From Felis catus (Eukaryota), in contig NC_058368.1 in assembly GCF_018350175.1 (NCBI RefSeq), forward strand, positions 55,368,001 through 55,432,000: a stretch of 64,000 nt of DNA. Reading direction: 5' to 3'. Every line of letters begins with the position of its first letter. The stretch's first letter is position 1. Below are positions 51,501 to 63,895 of the stretch, one piece after another. A model generated the notes under the pieces. The model searched no databases. It was not told the origin of the DNA and was given only the letters and a program-made list of their open reading frames with translations. The translations under genes and the position numbers were made by a program.

Positions 51501-52875
51501 AGATTTGCATTATTTCCCCTTTCTCAGCTGTCTGGTTCAAGAAAGACTTCTCCATTCAGACATGCCATACATTTTAATAATACATTTTGATAAGGGTCAG
51601 GCAATAATTGTATGAAGCTTTCCTTTAAATATCCCCCTTTCAGATATATTTTCATTAAATTGTCTACATTTGCAGTACTGCATCCCCTAAATTAAATTAA
51701 ATTAAAGCTGATTTAACTATATCATTTTTCAAATATCTATTAGCAGGTTTAGAAATAGTTTTTCTTTAGTTTAAACTTGCTTAAAATTATTTAGGCTTCT
51801 TGATTTGTGATTTTTATCAATTCTGGAATATACACACCCTCGTATTTTTGAATACCATCTCTTCCCAAGTATCTATGTAATTTATCAGAATCTGATTAGA
51901 TGTTTAAAATCCTCTGGGCTTTTCCCTCTCTGTTTAATGTTTTCATTTTTTATTTTTATTTTTACAATTTGCATCATTATATTTAACTTCTTTATATTAT
52001 TTTTTTATATAAACATCATTATGTTTAATTCTTTCAGTTGTAATGTCAGTTTTATTAATTTAATTTCCAATTCTGGTCAATCTCCAGTTAAAACCATGTA
52101 TTTAGTGTGCAATCTTCTTATATTTTTAATTTCTAAAAATTTATTTGAAATTCTTTCTCATATTTTTACTTTTTAGAAATTTATTTGACCCTTAAAGTTC
52201 TGCCTTATCTTTTTGTTTAATTGTAGGCTACATCATCATCATATTTTTGATGGGCACTTTTATTTTTTGAACGTATTGCACATTTGTATTTTATATGCAG
52301 TATCAAAATTGTTCCATTATCTTTATTCCTTAGCAGTCTGATCTTGCCCTATGCTTATATATCTATGACTTATATTACTTCTGATTTTTGGACATGGTGA
52401 CTTTTAAATTAACTTTTAAATTTATTTTTCATTATGTAATGCATCACTTGGTACTGCTTAAAGATATCTGGAAATACAATGCATCTCAAAAAATTATTTG
52501 TGTTTACTGTCACAAATTACATAAAGTATTTATAAATTGAATCCATTTAAACTAGAACCTTCATTTTGAAACTTAGGTCACTGAAGTAATTTTAGGTTCA
52601 CTCAGGTGAATATAAGTTTGTAATTATGAATTTGTAGGGAAATTTTTATTTTCTCTCCTCACTACTTCCACTTAGAAACAAGGTAATTATGGTCCTTTTG
52701 TGGAGTGTTTTGTTTTCCTAATTTATCCATGGGATGTGTTCACCCCTAGAATTGTTGGATTATGTGTCATTTACTTGAGTGCTAGGCTTCACGTGATTCC
52801 CCTGCAACACCTCATACACCACCTGTGCTGGGCATAAAATGCAGTTTCAAGGGCAGCAGAGATATGTAGATACTC

Positions 52876-54428
52876 CAGTTTCAGTGTCCAGTTTTGGGGA
52901 GATGGTGGTTTGGGGGTTTTGGGGAGATGGTGGTTTGGAAACAATGACCAGGAAAGAATTCTTGAAGATGTCTTTTATGATAAAAAATGATTTTATTAAA
53001 GCATGGGGACAGGACCTGTAGGCAGAAAGAGGTGCACTGAGGTTGTAAAGAGTGGCTGGTTATATACCTTCAGCTTGGGAGGGGGCTAGGGACAAGTGTA
53101 AGTCTCTAAGGAATTTTGGAAGCAAGGTTTCTAGGACCTTGAGGGTCTAGCTGTTAGGAAAAGTCATTTATTACTGTTTAGTAAAACCTCAGTCATGAGA
53201 CCCTTCAGATATATATCAGGGGCCATAAGCTTGGAGTATGATTGCCAACATATACTTGGGGGTTAAAGACAAAGGAGGTTTGCAAAAGAATTTTTACATG
53301 TTTAAGGAGACTCACAGGATCCAGGGGGGGGGGGGCGTGGGGGTCAGGTTGTTAAGCCAAGATTCTCTTTCGCCCCTAGCAAAGTGTCATCATTGAGGCA
53401 GCTGAGCTCCTAGAAGAAGGTCACTTTACCTGTTTCAAAGACTTGTCAGTGGGCTGTAGGCAGTAACAGAATTTAATTTTTCATTTGCCTCTGTTTCCCA
53501 CACTATCATAGCAAGCACTTATACCCCTACTTACATCTTGATGAGGGTGATATTATAATAGGGAAAGATAGGATAAAATAGGCAGAGAGGGAAAGGATAG
53601 GACCTGAGGCTCCTGGGTGGGGAAAAAACACATATTTTGGAAAAATGCTGGTGGTGTCTGACCACAGCACCCCCCACCCCCACCCCAGCCAAGGTATAAG
53701 GTCCCTCTTAAGAATGTAACAGACACTACTACTCCCCCTCAGGCTTCCCTTGGGAATTTGACCAAAGACCTGACTAAAAATAAGTAGGCCATAAAACCTA
53801 TGATCTACAAGGAATGATTTGGTCATAGATCACCCTCATACGATGGAAACGAGCCAATCAGGAATGGACAACCCAGCACCTAAAGTTGTCCATCCAATAA
53901 GGGTAGAACCTGAGAAGGAACAAGGGGGAAAGGATGGGGGGGGGGCAATCAGAACCTTATAAAACAAGCACCCTTGTCTATAGTCCTTGGGCATTCACTT
54001 TCGAATGTCCCCTCTCTGTAAAGAGAGCTTTCCTACTATTTTTATTTTCTAAACTCATGCTCTAATAAACTTTTGCCTGCTGCTCATTTTGTGCCCACCT
54101 CTTCATTCTTTAAACCAGCAAGACAATGAATCCCAGGTATTGTGGTAAAAAATCCTGCAACAATATTAGGGCTCCAGGAAATGGAATCTAAAGATTTCTG
54201 GAGATTAGGCTATGGATAAGATTACCTTTTTCTTGAAGTTTACTAAGTTATTCATAAACTGAAAGAGACTCCTTCCTGTCCTGCATGATTGTGATCTCTA
54301 TCGGTCAACCATTTGTTTTTTTCCCTTTGTTCTTGGGCAGCCAGGAGTGTCCAAGGAAAGCATATCCCACCCAGCGGTGGGGTGCTGTTAGCCTGTACTT
54401 TTCCCTCAGCTTGCCTTATGCTCCATCA
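52876..54428 (-). mobile_element. Solo LTR (about 940 bp, carnivore ERV) hosting a nested LTR
   Basis: Minus-strand AATAAA (~52993) and TATA (~53060). Flanked by TACTC at 52871-52875 and 54429-54433. The left terminus is not canonical and carries a 23-bp tandem duplication (52891-52938). Confidence 0.75.
53554..54162 (+). mobile_element. Nested solo LTR (ERV1-type)
   Basis: TSD ATAT at 53550-53553 and 54163-54166. CCAAT at 53854 and 53894, TATAAAA at 53958-53964, AATAAA at 54064-54069. Ends GCAACA. Confidence 0.85.
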
Positions 54429-54836
54429 TACTCACATCTCTGAACCTGTAATTCATTTTGGTTTTAGTTTCCAAGAAGTTCCCATATTTTTCTGCAAACT
54501 GGTCAGGAATACTTTTTTTTCTGTCAGAATTTTTTTTTTTTTAAAGACGTAATTATCTAGCATTGTGAGTGTTTTCTTCTGGAATAATTTTCTTTTGATA
54601 TTTCTCATGTATCACATTCCAAAAATTAAGCAGCACTTACTGTCATTCCTGAAAGAAGCACTCTTTAAAATACCATCTTGGATATGTCATTTAAAATTTT
54701 GAGCTATGGGCCATTTCATAATAATGCACTTGTTTGAGTTGCAAACATAGCAGAAAATATGGTCAGGACCAGGAAATGCTAAAAATATTATGTCATTTAT
54801 TTCAGTAATCTCAAATATTCATTTCCTGCTTTATGG

Positions 54837-55290
54837 TGCAGGGGCCCAGGGCAGGCTGCCCCAAGATGGGCCACTTGGACATAAAGATTAGAGTTAAAAG
54901 TAATTAAACCTCAACACATGCAGAAAAAGATTTAGGTTTACCCATCATCTGCCTAAATTTACATTGAAAAGGAGAGCCTATAACAGGAAGAGAGCTATTA
55001 ACCCATCCTCCCTTTTATCCAGGAACTCACCTGCATCATAGGACAACCCTGTTTTTCCAAACATCTCCTTTCACCTTCTTTCTTAATGGGCTTTCTTTTC
55101 TTTGTATCCTCAGGCCCCTACCTATCTCCTTAGCTCTGATAAACTTCCTATTGCCTCATTGTCATTGGAATGTCTATCTGAATTCCCCATATGTAAGCCT
55201 ATTAAACTTAATTTTCTCCTATTAATCTGTCTCCCAGCAATTTGATTCTAAGAAGGACCATAAGGCAGAGGAAGATCTTCCTCCCCAACA
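54837..55290 (+). mobile_element. Solo LTR (same family as 49032-49498)
   Basis: TG...CA termini. TSD ATGG at 54833-54836 and 55291-55294. Confidence 0.88.
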
Positions 55291-55311
55291 ATGGCGTGTA
55301 CTTCTCTGCAT

Positions 55312-55965
55312 TGTACAAATGGAATTCAAAGTAAAACCCAAAGCCTACAGCTCTTCCTTTGGGAGGCCTTCCATGAGCATCAAGAAAAAGAAAATACAAG
55401 TATGTCTGAAACCAATACATTTAAGTCAACAAGTGCTTGATCATCCTGCCCTAAGAAAACTCTGTTCACCTGATTGATTTATAGGCCTTTTGCACAAAGA
55501 TTGGCCTGTTTTGCACAAAGTTGGCCCAGAACCAATAAGACCAATTAAAAATGAATAAACCAGGAAGAAAGAATTCTTGCACTTGAGCAGAAGGGACCAG
55601 GAGTGAAGGAAAGTAACCTCGGTGAGGATACACTCAGAGATTTTCCTCTTTTGTCATGCTACTTCTGCCATTTTTTGGACATGCCTCCCATGAAGTGGCA
55701 TGATTCCTGAATGTGCATGCCCAGAAAGAGTGCCATCTCCCCTTATCTCGATAGCCTATCAACATATTTCACATCCTGTCCCTCTACCCTTAAATAAACC
55801 CAACCCAACAGAGATAGGAATTTGAGAAAACTTCTCCCTTTTCCTTGCTTGGTGCCCTGAAATAAAACCCTTTTCTCTGCCACAAAAACCAGCGTCGTTG
55901 TTTGGCTTACTGTGCACACCAGCCAAAGGCCAAAGAACCTTGGAAAATTTGTCTTCTTTACACCA
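55312..55965 (+). mobile_element. Probable ERV1-type LTR
   Basis: Starts TGTA. CCAAT motifs, cttaaataaaccc TATA-like element, and AATAAA at 55861 followed by a U5-like segment. TSD not resolved. Confidence 0.6.
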
Positions 55966-56213
55966 ATATATATATGGTATATATTTATATATATCATAAA
56001 AGTCATCATGTACTATATATATAAATATTCTCTTTACTTTTTTAAACTCTTAAGCACCAAGCATGGTTTTGGCACAAGACAGAAATATGCTTTGTAGCTC
56101 TAGGTATAAACTTTAGAAAATAGCAATGATACAAAGTAAAACACTGTGTAAGGAGCATATAATTCCTTAAAACTGTTACCTTTTACATTTAATAATTTTT
56201 CATTATATTAGCC

Positions 56214-57126
56214 TAGTGGTATGCTAAAATATTGAAGAATGGTGACTTCATATATCAAATGCACTATAAAGTATTTTATCTATAATAATTTTTACAATAT
56301 TAATTAAATTTAAAAAATCCCTGATATATGAAAAATTGCCCCACTATTTTTATATATTGCTGATAAATTAATACTCAAAATGCTAATCCTCTACAGTCAA
56401 GCTATATTGAATATGTGCTATTCATTGGCTTTTAAAATTTATTAAGATCCTTGTTACAAATGAGGAAATATAAAATTAATTTTGTTCTGGGAGATGATTT
56501 ATAGCAACATGTTATTTTTATGGTGACTAACATATACACCCTTTACTGAACAAATTGAAGAAAGAAAACTGCAGATAAAATTGTCACTTAGATAAAGTGT
56601 TTGCAATGAGTTTTTGTGTGTACTAGAAAACTGTTTTATATATGCCTGTCATAATGCTGTGTTTGCAGTTCAGTAAATATATGGTTTAAGCCAAATAACT
56701 GTGTCAGCAGTTGATTACAGATCAATATGTTCACAGTACTGCTGAGTGCTGAATTAAGAGGAAAAAGTTCTGTTTCAGAGACAAATAGCACTGATGACTC
56801 AAGAAAACTGTTTTCTTCATATATACTTCTTATACAATATAATACAGTGTGGTATGTAGCTCACAATAACTATTTTAAAATCACGGCTCAACTGGTTATA
56901 AAATTTTATTTGATCAAGTTATTATGTCAAATATATTTACATGTTGTTTTATGAAATAACCTAAAGTTATAGTCATCCACCAAAAATTTTGATCCAAATG
57001 TAGTTTCTTAACATCACTTGTGATTTTATGATTTTTTAAAATTTTGAGGTTTTCGGTTATAACATATGCAACATTGTGATTTAATGAATTTAACAATGGG
57101 TGTAAAATGTGTCCAGTACTACACTG
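56214..57126. mobile_element. hAT DNA transposon relic (long MER63-like)
   Basis: Degenerate TIR-like ends tagtggtatgct...agtactacactg. aatttaacaatgg subterminal motif shared with 44339-44557. Confidence 0.4.
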
Positions 57127-57489
57127 ATTCTGATAATGCAACTAGCTGAGCTTCTTATATTTTTCATGAAAGTAGAGAGATTTTTTGAAACTTTATTGAA
57201 CTTTCACACTTTACATATTATATGATTCATTATATCAATAAAACATAAAATTCTGATAATTTTGGAATCATATTTAAGTAAATACTGAAAATATTTTCAT
57301 TTAAAAAGCATGTACTATATTAGTAATTAAGTATTTCTTCATAAATCATTTACATCTATGAATATAGTCTTTTTTTTTCCCCCTAATGATTTTAAAGGAA
57401 ACTTTCTCTCATACCAATAGGTCTTTCATTATTGAAATTCTCTACAATTATATAGCTTCATGACTACTTATGATAACCTAATGAAGTTG

Positions 57490-57675
57490 ATAAATTATGC
57501 ACTAAGTCACTTTATTCTCAACACAAGTGAGAGACTTTGGAATTATTATAATTTTTAAGAGTAGAGAAACTGGTTCTGAGATTATAAAGGATTTATATAA
57601 GGCACTGATGTTAATAGCAACAGAGGTAAGATTTGAGATGTGGTCTTCTCAGCCCAAACACTATAAATGATCTTT
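57490..57675 (-). mobile_element. MIR relic
   Basis: gagaaactggttctgaga...gcaacagaggtaagatttga matches the reverse MIR core. Confidence 0.5.
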
Positions 57676-58159
57676 TTACTAAATTTAAGTGAACAGAAGG
57701 ACTTGAATTTTGCATTTTTGCCATAGGATGCTGCTAGTGTTAGCTTTTATAAAATAAATTATACAATAAAAATAATGGTATGAGTAACTTGAAACATGCA
57801 GTTCTCTCATGCTTTGCAATTAGTATTCAAAGACATAACTTCTGTGAAAACAGTGTATAGTTAAAAAGTAGGTATGGGTTGGTAGGATGGAGAGTGTTCC
57901 TTTATCTTTAGTCATCTGTATCTTCGATTATTTCTGTCCTCTTCAGGATTGGCAAATCTCCACTGGTTTAAGAACATTCTGGAAACACTGGATTTTTTCC
58001 TCAAGCTTAGAAAGGCTAAAGCCTACCTTGTTGAATAATTTTACCATTCTCCTCTTAGGGCCTTGTCATCTCAGATGGGTGCTGCCTTGTAAAATACACA
58101 TAGTCCCCACTGCTCTGTGTCCCAGATGACTCTTTTGCCCTAGCCAGTAGAAACCTCTT

Positions 58160-59145
58160 CTTTTATTTTTTTGATTGATGCGTAACTGACACACAATGTT
58201 ACATCATATTTCAAATTGCCATTCGATATTATACATTATGCTATGCTCACCACAAGTATAGCTACCATCTGTCACCATACAACTCTGTTACAATACCATT
58301 GCCTATATTCTCTGCACTGTACCTTTTATGTCTGTGACATATTCAGTTTATAACTGGAAGCCTCCTACTCCCCTTAACCCATTTTACCCATTCTGCCCCA
58401 ACCCTGTCTTCTGGCAGCCATCAGTTTGTTTTCTGCATTTATAAGTCTGTTTCTGCTTTAAATTTGTATATTGATTTATTCATTTTTTTAGATTGCACAT
58501 ATAAGTAAAAACATATGGTAATTGTCTTTCTCAGTCTGGCTTATTTCACTTAGCATAATATCTCCTAGGTTCATCCACATTGTTGCAAATGGCAAGATCT
58601 TGTCCTTTTCTGTAGCTCTATATATCTTTGCTATGGTATACACATTTCATTATATGCATATATCACATCTTCTTTATTCATTCATCTATCAGTGGACACT
58701 TGGGTTGCTTCCATATCTTGGTTATTATAAATAATGCTTCAGTAAACATAGGGGTGTATATGTCTTTTTTTTTTTTTTTTTTAGTTTACTTATTTATTTT
58801 TGAGAGACACAGCAAGTGTGAGCAGGGGAGGGGCAGAGAGAGAGGGAAAGAGAGAATCCAAAGCAGGCTCTGCACTGCCAGCACAGAACCCCACGCAGAG
58901 CTAGAACTCACAAACCATGAGATCATGACCTGAGCTGAAGTCAGATGCTTAACCACTGAGCCACCCAAGCCTCTCTGCATGTATCTTTTTGAATTCATGT
59001 TTTTGTTTTATTTGAGGAAATACCCAGTAGTGAATACCTGGATCATATGGCATTTATATTTTTAATTTTTCGAGGGACCTCCATACTGTTTTCCACAGCG
59101 TCTTCACTAATTTCCATTCCCACCAATAGTACATGAAGGTTCCTT
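58160..59145 (-). mobile_element. 5'-truncated LINE-1 (3'UTR/ORF2 end)
   Basis: Reverse L1 3' motifs (ttatttcacttagcataat, ggacacttgggttgcttcc). TSD CCAGTAGAAACCTCTT at 58144-58159 and 59146-59161. Confidence 0.92.
58770..58975 (-). mobile_element. CAN-SINE nested in L1
   Basis: Reverse body. Degenerate TSD tgtatatgtcttttt / tgcatgtatcttttt. Confidence 0.92.
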
Positions 59146-59163
59146 CCAGTAGAAACCTCTTTT

Positions 59164-59359
59164 AAAAAAAATTTTAACATCTATTTATTTTTGAGAGAGA
59201 AAGAAAGCAAGGGAGGAGCAGAGGGAGATGGGAACAGAGGATCCAAGGCAGGTTCCATGCTGACAGCAGAGAGCCCAATGTGGGGCTTAAACTATGAACC
59301 TTGAGATCATGACCTGAGCTAAAGTTGGACGTTTAACCAACTGAGCCACCAGGGGCCCC
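59164..59359 (-). mobile_element. CAN-SINE sharing the L1 target site
   Basis: TSD CAGTAGAAACCTCTTTT at 59147-59163 and 59361-59377. Confidence 0.93.
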
Positions 59360-60114
59360 TCAGTAGAAACCTCTTTTAAGTTAGTCTTTTCTTTCCAGAT
59401 TTTTGAAAGCCAATTTATCATTTCTGCTTTCTTACTTGTCTCTTCTATCACAAGTAGAATCTGAAAATGTTAATTAAGATGTCATAGAGGCAATTTCTGT
59501 TTCTTGCCCTCCCACATACCCTTCTTGTACCAATGAAAAACAGATTAATAGTGCTAGAGGAATGGAGAGCGATGATGGGGATTGGATAGGGAAATGGTCA
59601 AATAAAGAGATAAAATAAACACACTACCTCAAAGTGATTTCCAGCTATAATTTAAATGATAGAACCAATGTGCTTTAATAAATATAATGAAATATCTACT
59701 AATACACTTACCAATATTTAATCATTATTATTACAAAATGTGTTGAAAACATATTTAGGTTTTTAAACTCCTTTGTATCTTTCTCATTCTAAATTATATG
59801 TGTTATATGCCATGCTGTTTACATTATTAATGGCTATATGTTAGGTCATGAAAGATGTGATTCTGGCAATATAATAATAAGTACAATTTCACTAACAACT
59901 CTCATTCTCATCATCAAGTTTATTAAAAATCTATTCACAAATAAAAATCTCTAAAAACATTAAAACTAATGGTTGCATCCTTCAAATAATTTATTAAATA
60001 ATGAGAGTAATTTCACAAAAACACAAAGCCAATACTAGTCATAAGTTAGGGTTCTAGGTATAATGTGAATAATACAGACTGACACTGCTATTAAAAATAA
60101 TACCATAATACACA

Positions 60115-60299
60115 GGGGTGCCAGGGTGGCTCAGTCAGTTGAGCGTCTGACTGTTGGTTTTGGCTCAGGTTATGATCTCACGGTTTGTGAGTTCGAACCC
60201 CACATTGGGCTCCAAACTGACAGCATGAAGCCTGCTTAGGATTCTTTCTCTCTCTCTCTCTGCCCCTCCCTTGCTTGTGCTCTCTCAAAATAAAGAAAG

Positions 60300-60300
<1 letters not shown>
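60115..60300 (+). mobile_element. CAN-SINE, older
   Basis: SINE body. The tail runs into an AT-rich expansion. Confidence 0.92.
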
Positions 60301-60344
<44 letters not shown>

Positions 60345-60578
60345 ATATATATATGATATATATAAAGAAATTATATATAATTATATATATTAATATATAA
60401 TATATATTATATATTTATATATAATTATATATAATATTTTATATATACAATTATATATACAATTATATATAATTATATATATAATTATATATATTAAATT
60501 ATATATATATAATTATATATAATTTCTTTATAGATATATAATATATATATTTACTTTATGCATATATGTATAAAGTAA
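60301..60578. repeat. AT-rich low-complexity quasi-palindrome
   Basis: (TA)n-derived. Perfect 30-bp inverted arms at 60361-60390 and 60503-60532. Confidence 0.9.
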
Positions 60579-60588
60579 CACACACTTT

Positions 60589-60795
60589 GGGGTGCCTGGG
60601 TGGCTCAGTTAGTTAAGCAGTTAAGCATCCAACTTTGGCTCAAGTCATGATCTCAGGGTTTGTGATTTTGAGCCCTACATTGGGCTCACTGCTGTCAGCA
60701 CAGAGCCTGCTTCAGGTCCTCTGCCCCCCCCATCTCTCTGTTCCTCCCCAGTTTGCTCTCTCTCTCTCTCAAAAATAAATGAACATTAAAAAATA
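60589..60795 (+). mobile_element. CAN-SINE
   Basis: TSD TAACACA(C/T)ACTTT at 60576-60588 and 60796-60808. Confidence 0.94.
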
Positions 60796-61607
60796 TAACA
60801 CATACTTTAAAATCTTTAACACATTAATCATTCAGGAGTAATATATCTTTGTCCTAAAAGTCCTAAAGATGAGAAAATAATGAAAAATATTGAACAGTAT
60901 TTTTTTTTCTTGAATACAGTTTTTAAATGATAATTATATTTAATGGGAGCAGTGGATAGTTAAAGATGGGGTATTCTTGGGGTTTAACTTTTTTGTTTCT
61001 AAGGCTAGTGTTAGATGTGAATATTTGACAGGTAGGAAAGTTTTACTCACAGACTTTGGGAATTTATAAAAGAGCTAACAGAAATAGAATATACATCTTT
61101 TGCTGTAAGGAACAAAGGTCCACTTATACAACAGATATGGTTGGGTAAGTTAGCCAAATCTACCTGGAAATCTTAAAATAAAAAACAATAAAAACCTGCT
61201 TTATCGTTTTGATGTGATTTCTTTCTCAGATTGAACAGTTCAAATTCCCAACAGAATGAATTTTTTAAAAGCACATGTAGAGAAACACTCACAGTACTAC
61301 ATATCTTGGTGAAATTTTGTATCAACAAGCATAAAGAGATGTTCAATGGAGAAAAAGAGGTAACCTAAAAAATAACAAACATGATACTAGCCTTGAGCTT
61401 CTCATAATGCTTCTTTTCTCATAATGCTACTCATAAAACAGCAATAAGTAATACCTTAAAATTCAGATATTGTTTTGAATTTAAAATCTTGTGTTCTACC
61501 ACACTATTAGTAACATGTGAAATCTAAGTAAAGACATTTTTAGACAATCCTTGGGCCCCCTTAGGAATGTCACTTGAGGAGATGCTTAATTAAAATGTGG
61601 AAGTTAT

Positions 61608-61814
61608 GAGGTGTCTGGGTGGCTCAGTGGGATGAACATCCAACATTGCCTTAGGGCAACATCTCATGGTTTGTGAGTCCAGCCCCAAGTGGGGCTTTGT
61701 GCTGACAGCATGGAGCCAGCTTCGGAATTCTGCATTTCCCTATCGCTCTGCCCCTCCCTTGCTTGTGCTCTTTCTCTCTCAAAAATGAATAAACATTAGA
61801 AACATTTTTAAAAA
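61608..61814 (+). mobile_element. CAN-SINE, diverged
   Basis: TSD TAAAATGTGGAAGTT at 61591-61605 and 61815-61829. Confidence 0.92.
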
Positions 61815-62269
61815 TAAAATGTGGAAGTTGATTATGAAAGGTCAATTCATGAAATGCGGAAATTAGAGTATCAAACCAGGTGGAGTAGGAAAGGGTAGCC
61901 GTACTAGAAGAGCAGTGTCCTGGAATGAAAACAATGGATCTAGAATGCAGGAGCATGGTAATGTCCTTCCAGAAACTATATTAAAACTTTTTATTTATTT
62001 AAATTTTAGTTTTTAAAGGGCACTGCTTTTCTGATATCAAATAAAACATAAATAAAAATTGTGTTCTGAACATAAAAAAACACAGAAAGATGTTACAAAT
62101 TCACTTTAAAATAACTTCTGAATCATAAGATAATGTTTAACAAAATGCATCAGGGTGTACAGATGGTTCTCCTCACTGTTAAGAGAAAAATCATGTGTTG
62201 TTTACTAGTTACAAAGTAACACATCACCTACAAAGTTTGTAACAAGATGTACTCTATACAGATACCCTG

Positions 62270-63620
62270 ACTATAAAATTAAGCAGTTGTTCTTGTGCAT
62301 GGAGCATGACAAATTTCATTAAGGTATACAGATTGGAAAGGAAGATCACACCAAGCAATCACACTTCTAGGTATTTACCCAACTGATTTACAATATGTGC
62401 ATACAAAACAAAACCAAACAAAATGAAACAAACACACAAACAAAAAAACCCATAGAATTTTCATTCCTACTCATCAAAAAACAGAAGCCACCAAGATGTC
62501 CTTGAATAGGTGAATACATTACAAACTGAGGTACATTCTTACAATTAAAGTCTTCAACAATACCAATAAATTAGTTTTAAACCATTAGAAGACAAGCATG
62601 AATGTTAAATTCACAGTCCTAAGCAAAAGAAAACAGTTTGCAAAGGCTACACTATGTATATATGATACCAGTTACAGGACATACTAAGAAAAGGCAAAAC
62701 TAGAGCAAAGATAAAAATGTTATGGATTACCATGGGTTTAGAAGATGTTAAGGCTGAAACTCTGTTTCTCAAAATTCATGTTGAAGTTCTAAACTCATAG
62801 TATCTCAGGATGAAACTATATTTTAAGGCCTTTTTACAAAGGTAAGTTAAAAGAAGCTTTTGGAGTGGACTCTAATCCAATTTGATTGGTACCCTTATAA
62901 AATAAGAGGAGATTAGGACACACAAAGACACACCTGGAGTGTGACTACTTGGAGAGCAGGACGTGTAATTGGTAGCAAGAGAACAGCTATCTGAAAGCCA
63001 AGGAGAGTGGCCTCAAAGAAAACTAACCGTGTTGGTGCTTTCATCCTGGACCTCAAACCTCCAGAACCATGAGAAAATAAATCGCCATTTTTAAAGCCAC
63101 CCAGTCTGTAGTATTTTGTCGTGGCAGTTCTAGCAAAGTAAGACAAGAGAAGTAGGGGGACACTGAATGATTGAGGCACAGGAGATATTTTACAGTGGTA
63201 AAACTATTCTATATAATATTGCACTATAAATTAACCCTCTACTCTAGTTAATAAAGAATTTTTTCCCCACAAGGGTATGGGTGAACAATTATAGTAACAC
63301 TCTACATACACACTGCAATTGAACAATTAAGTAAACTGGAGGGGGAGAGTGGGAGCCATGTTTCTCACTGTCTAAATGGGAGGTGACAGGTAAGTAAGGA
63401 GAGAAGGCTGTAATGTCCAAATGCTAATGGATTAGAGTTGGAGACAGCAATATAAGGTCATTTTAGTTTAATATACTTATAAATATTATACATATAAGTT
63501 ATATATGTATACATATTTATTTACTTATTTATATTTATATTTAATGTGCATAATCACATATAGATATATATTTATGGATACATAGAGAAATAGTCATATT
63601 TTTTGTATATTCATGTTAGT
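62270..63620 (+). mobile_element. Old L1M (L1MC-like) 3' region interrupted by an MLT1 LTR
   Basis: agcaatcacacttctaggtatttaccc, aaggcaaaactagag and ggtaaaactattctatataat motifs. Confidence 0.7.
62746..63145 (+). mobile_element. MaLR solo LTR (MLT1A/B-like)
   Basis: TG...CA ends. aaaattcatgttgaagt, ctaatccaat, aagccaaggagagtggcctc and tttaaagccacccagtctgtagtattttgt motifs. Confidence 0.85.
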
Positions 63621-63779
63621 ATAAAACTAAAATTTTATTAAACAGTGGGATCAAGCGATAAATTTTGATTCAATCATGTTATTCATAAACGTCTAGGTAA
63701 ATATGAAGTGCTCTGGCAATGTACTCATTTTATTTTTAAAGTGAGAAAATATATATGACTATTACATCTTTAGTGTTCC

Positions 63780-63895
63780 TTTCAGTTTGACAAACTTTAG
63801 ACAGGTTTCCTCTGACTTTAGCCCCTGACCTCTTTTATTGGAGAATTTACTTTAGAAAAGTTATAATTGTAAACTGCCCCTTTGAGATGTAAATA
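63780..63895 (+). mobile_element. LTR 5' fragment (MER31/MER67-like)
   Basis: gacaaactttagacaggtttcctctga...actttagaaaagttataattgtaaa...ccctttgagatgtaaat. Interrupted by a SINE. Confidence 0.5.

Noticed and set aside
49032..55290. A single provirus bounded by two homologous LTRs
   Set aside because: The LTRs are inverted, each has its own TSD, and the internal pol relic is ERV-L-like and far more decayed.
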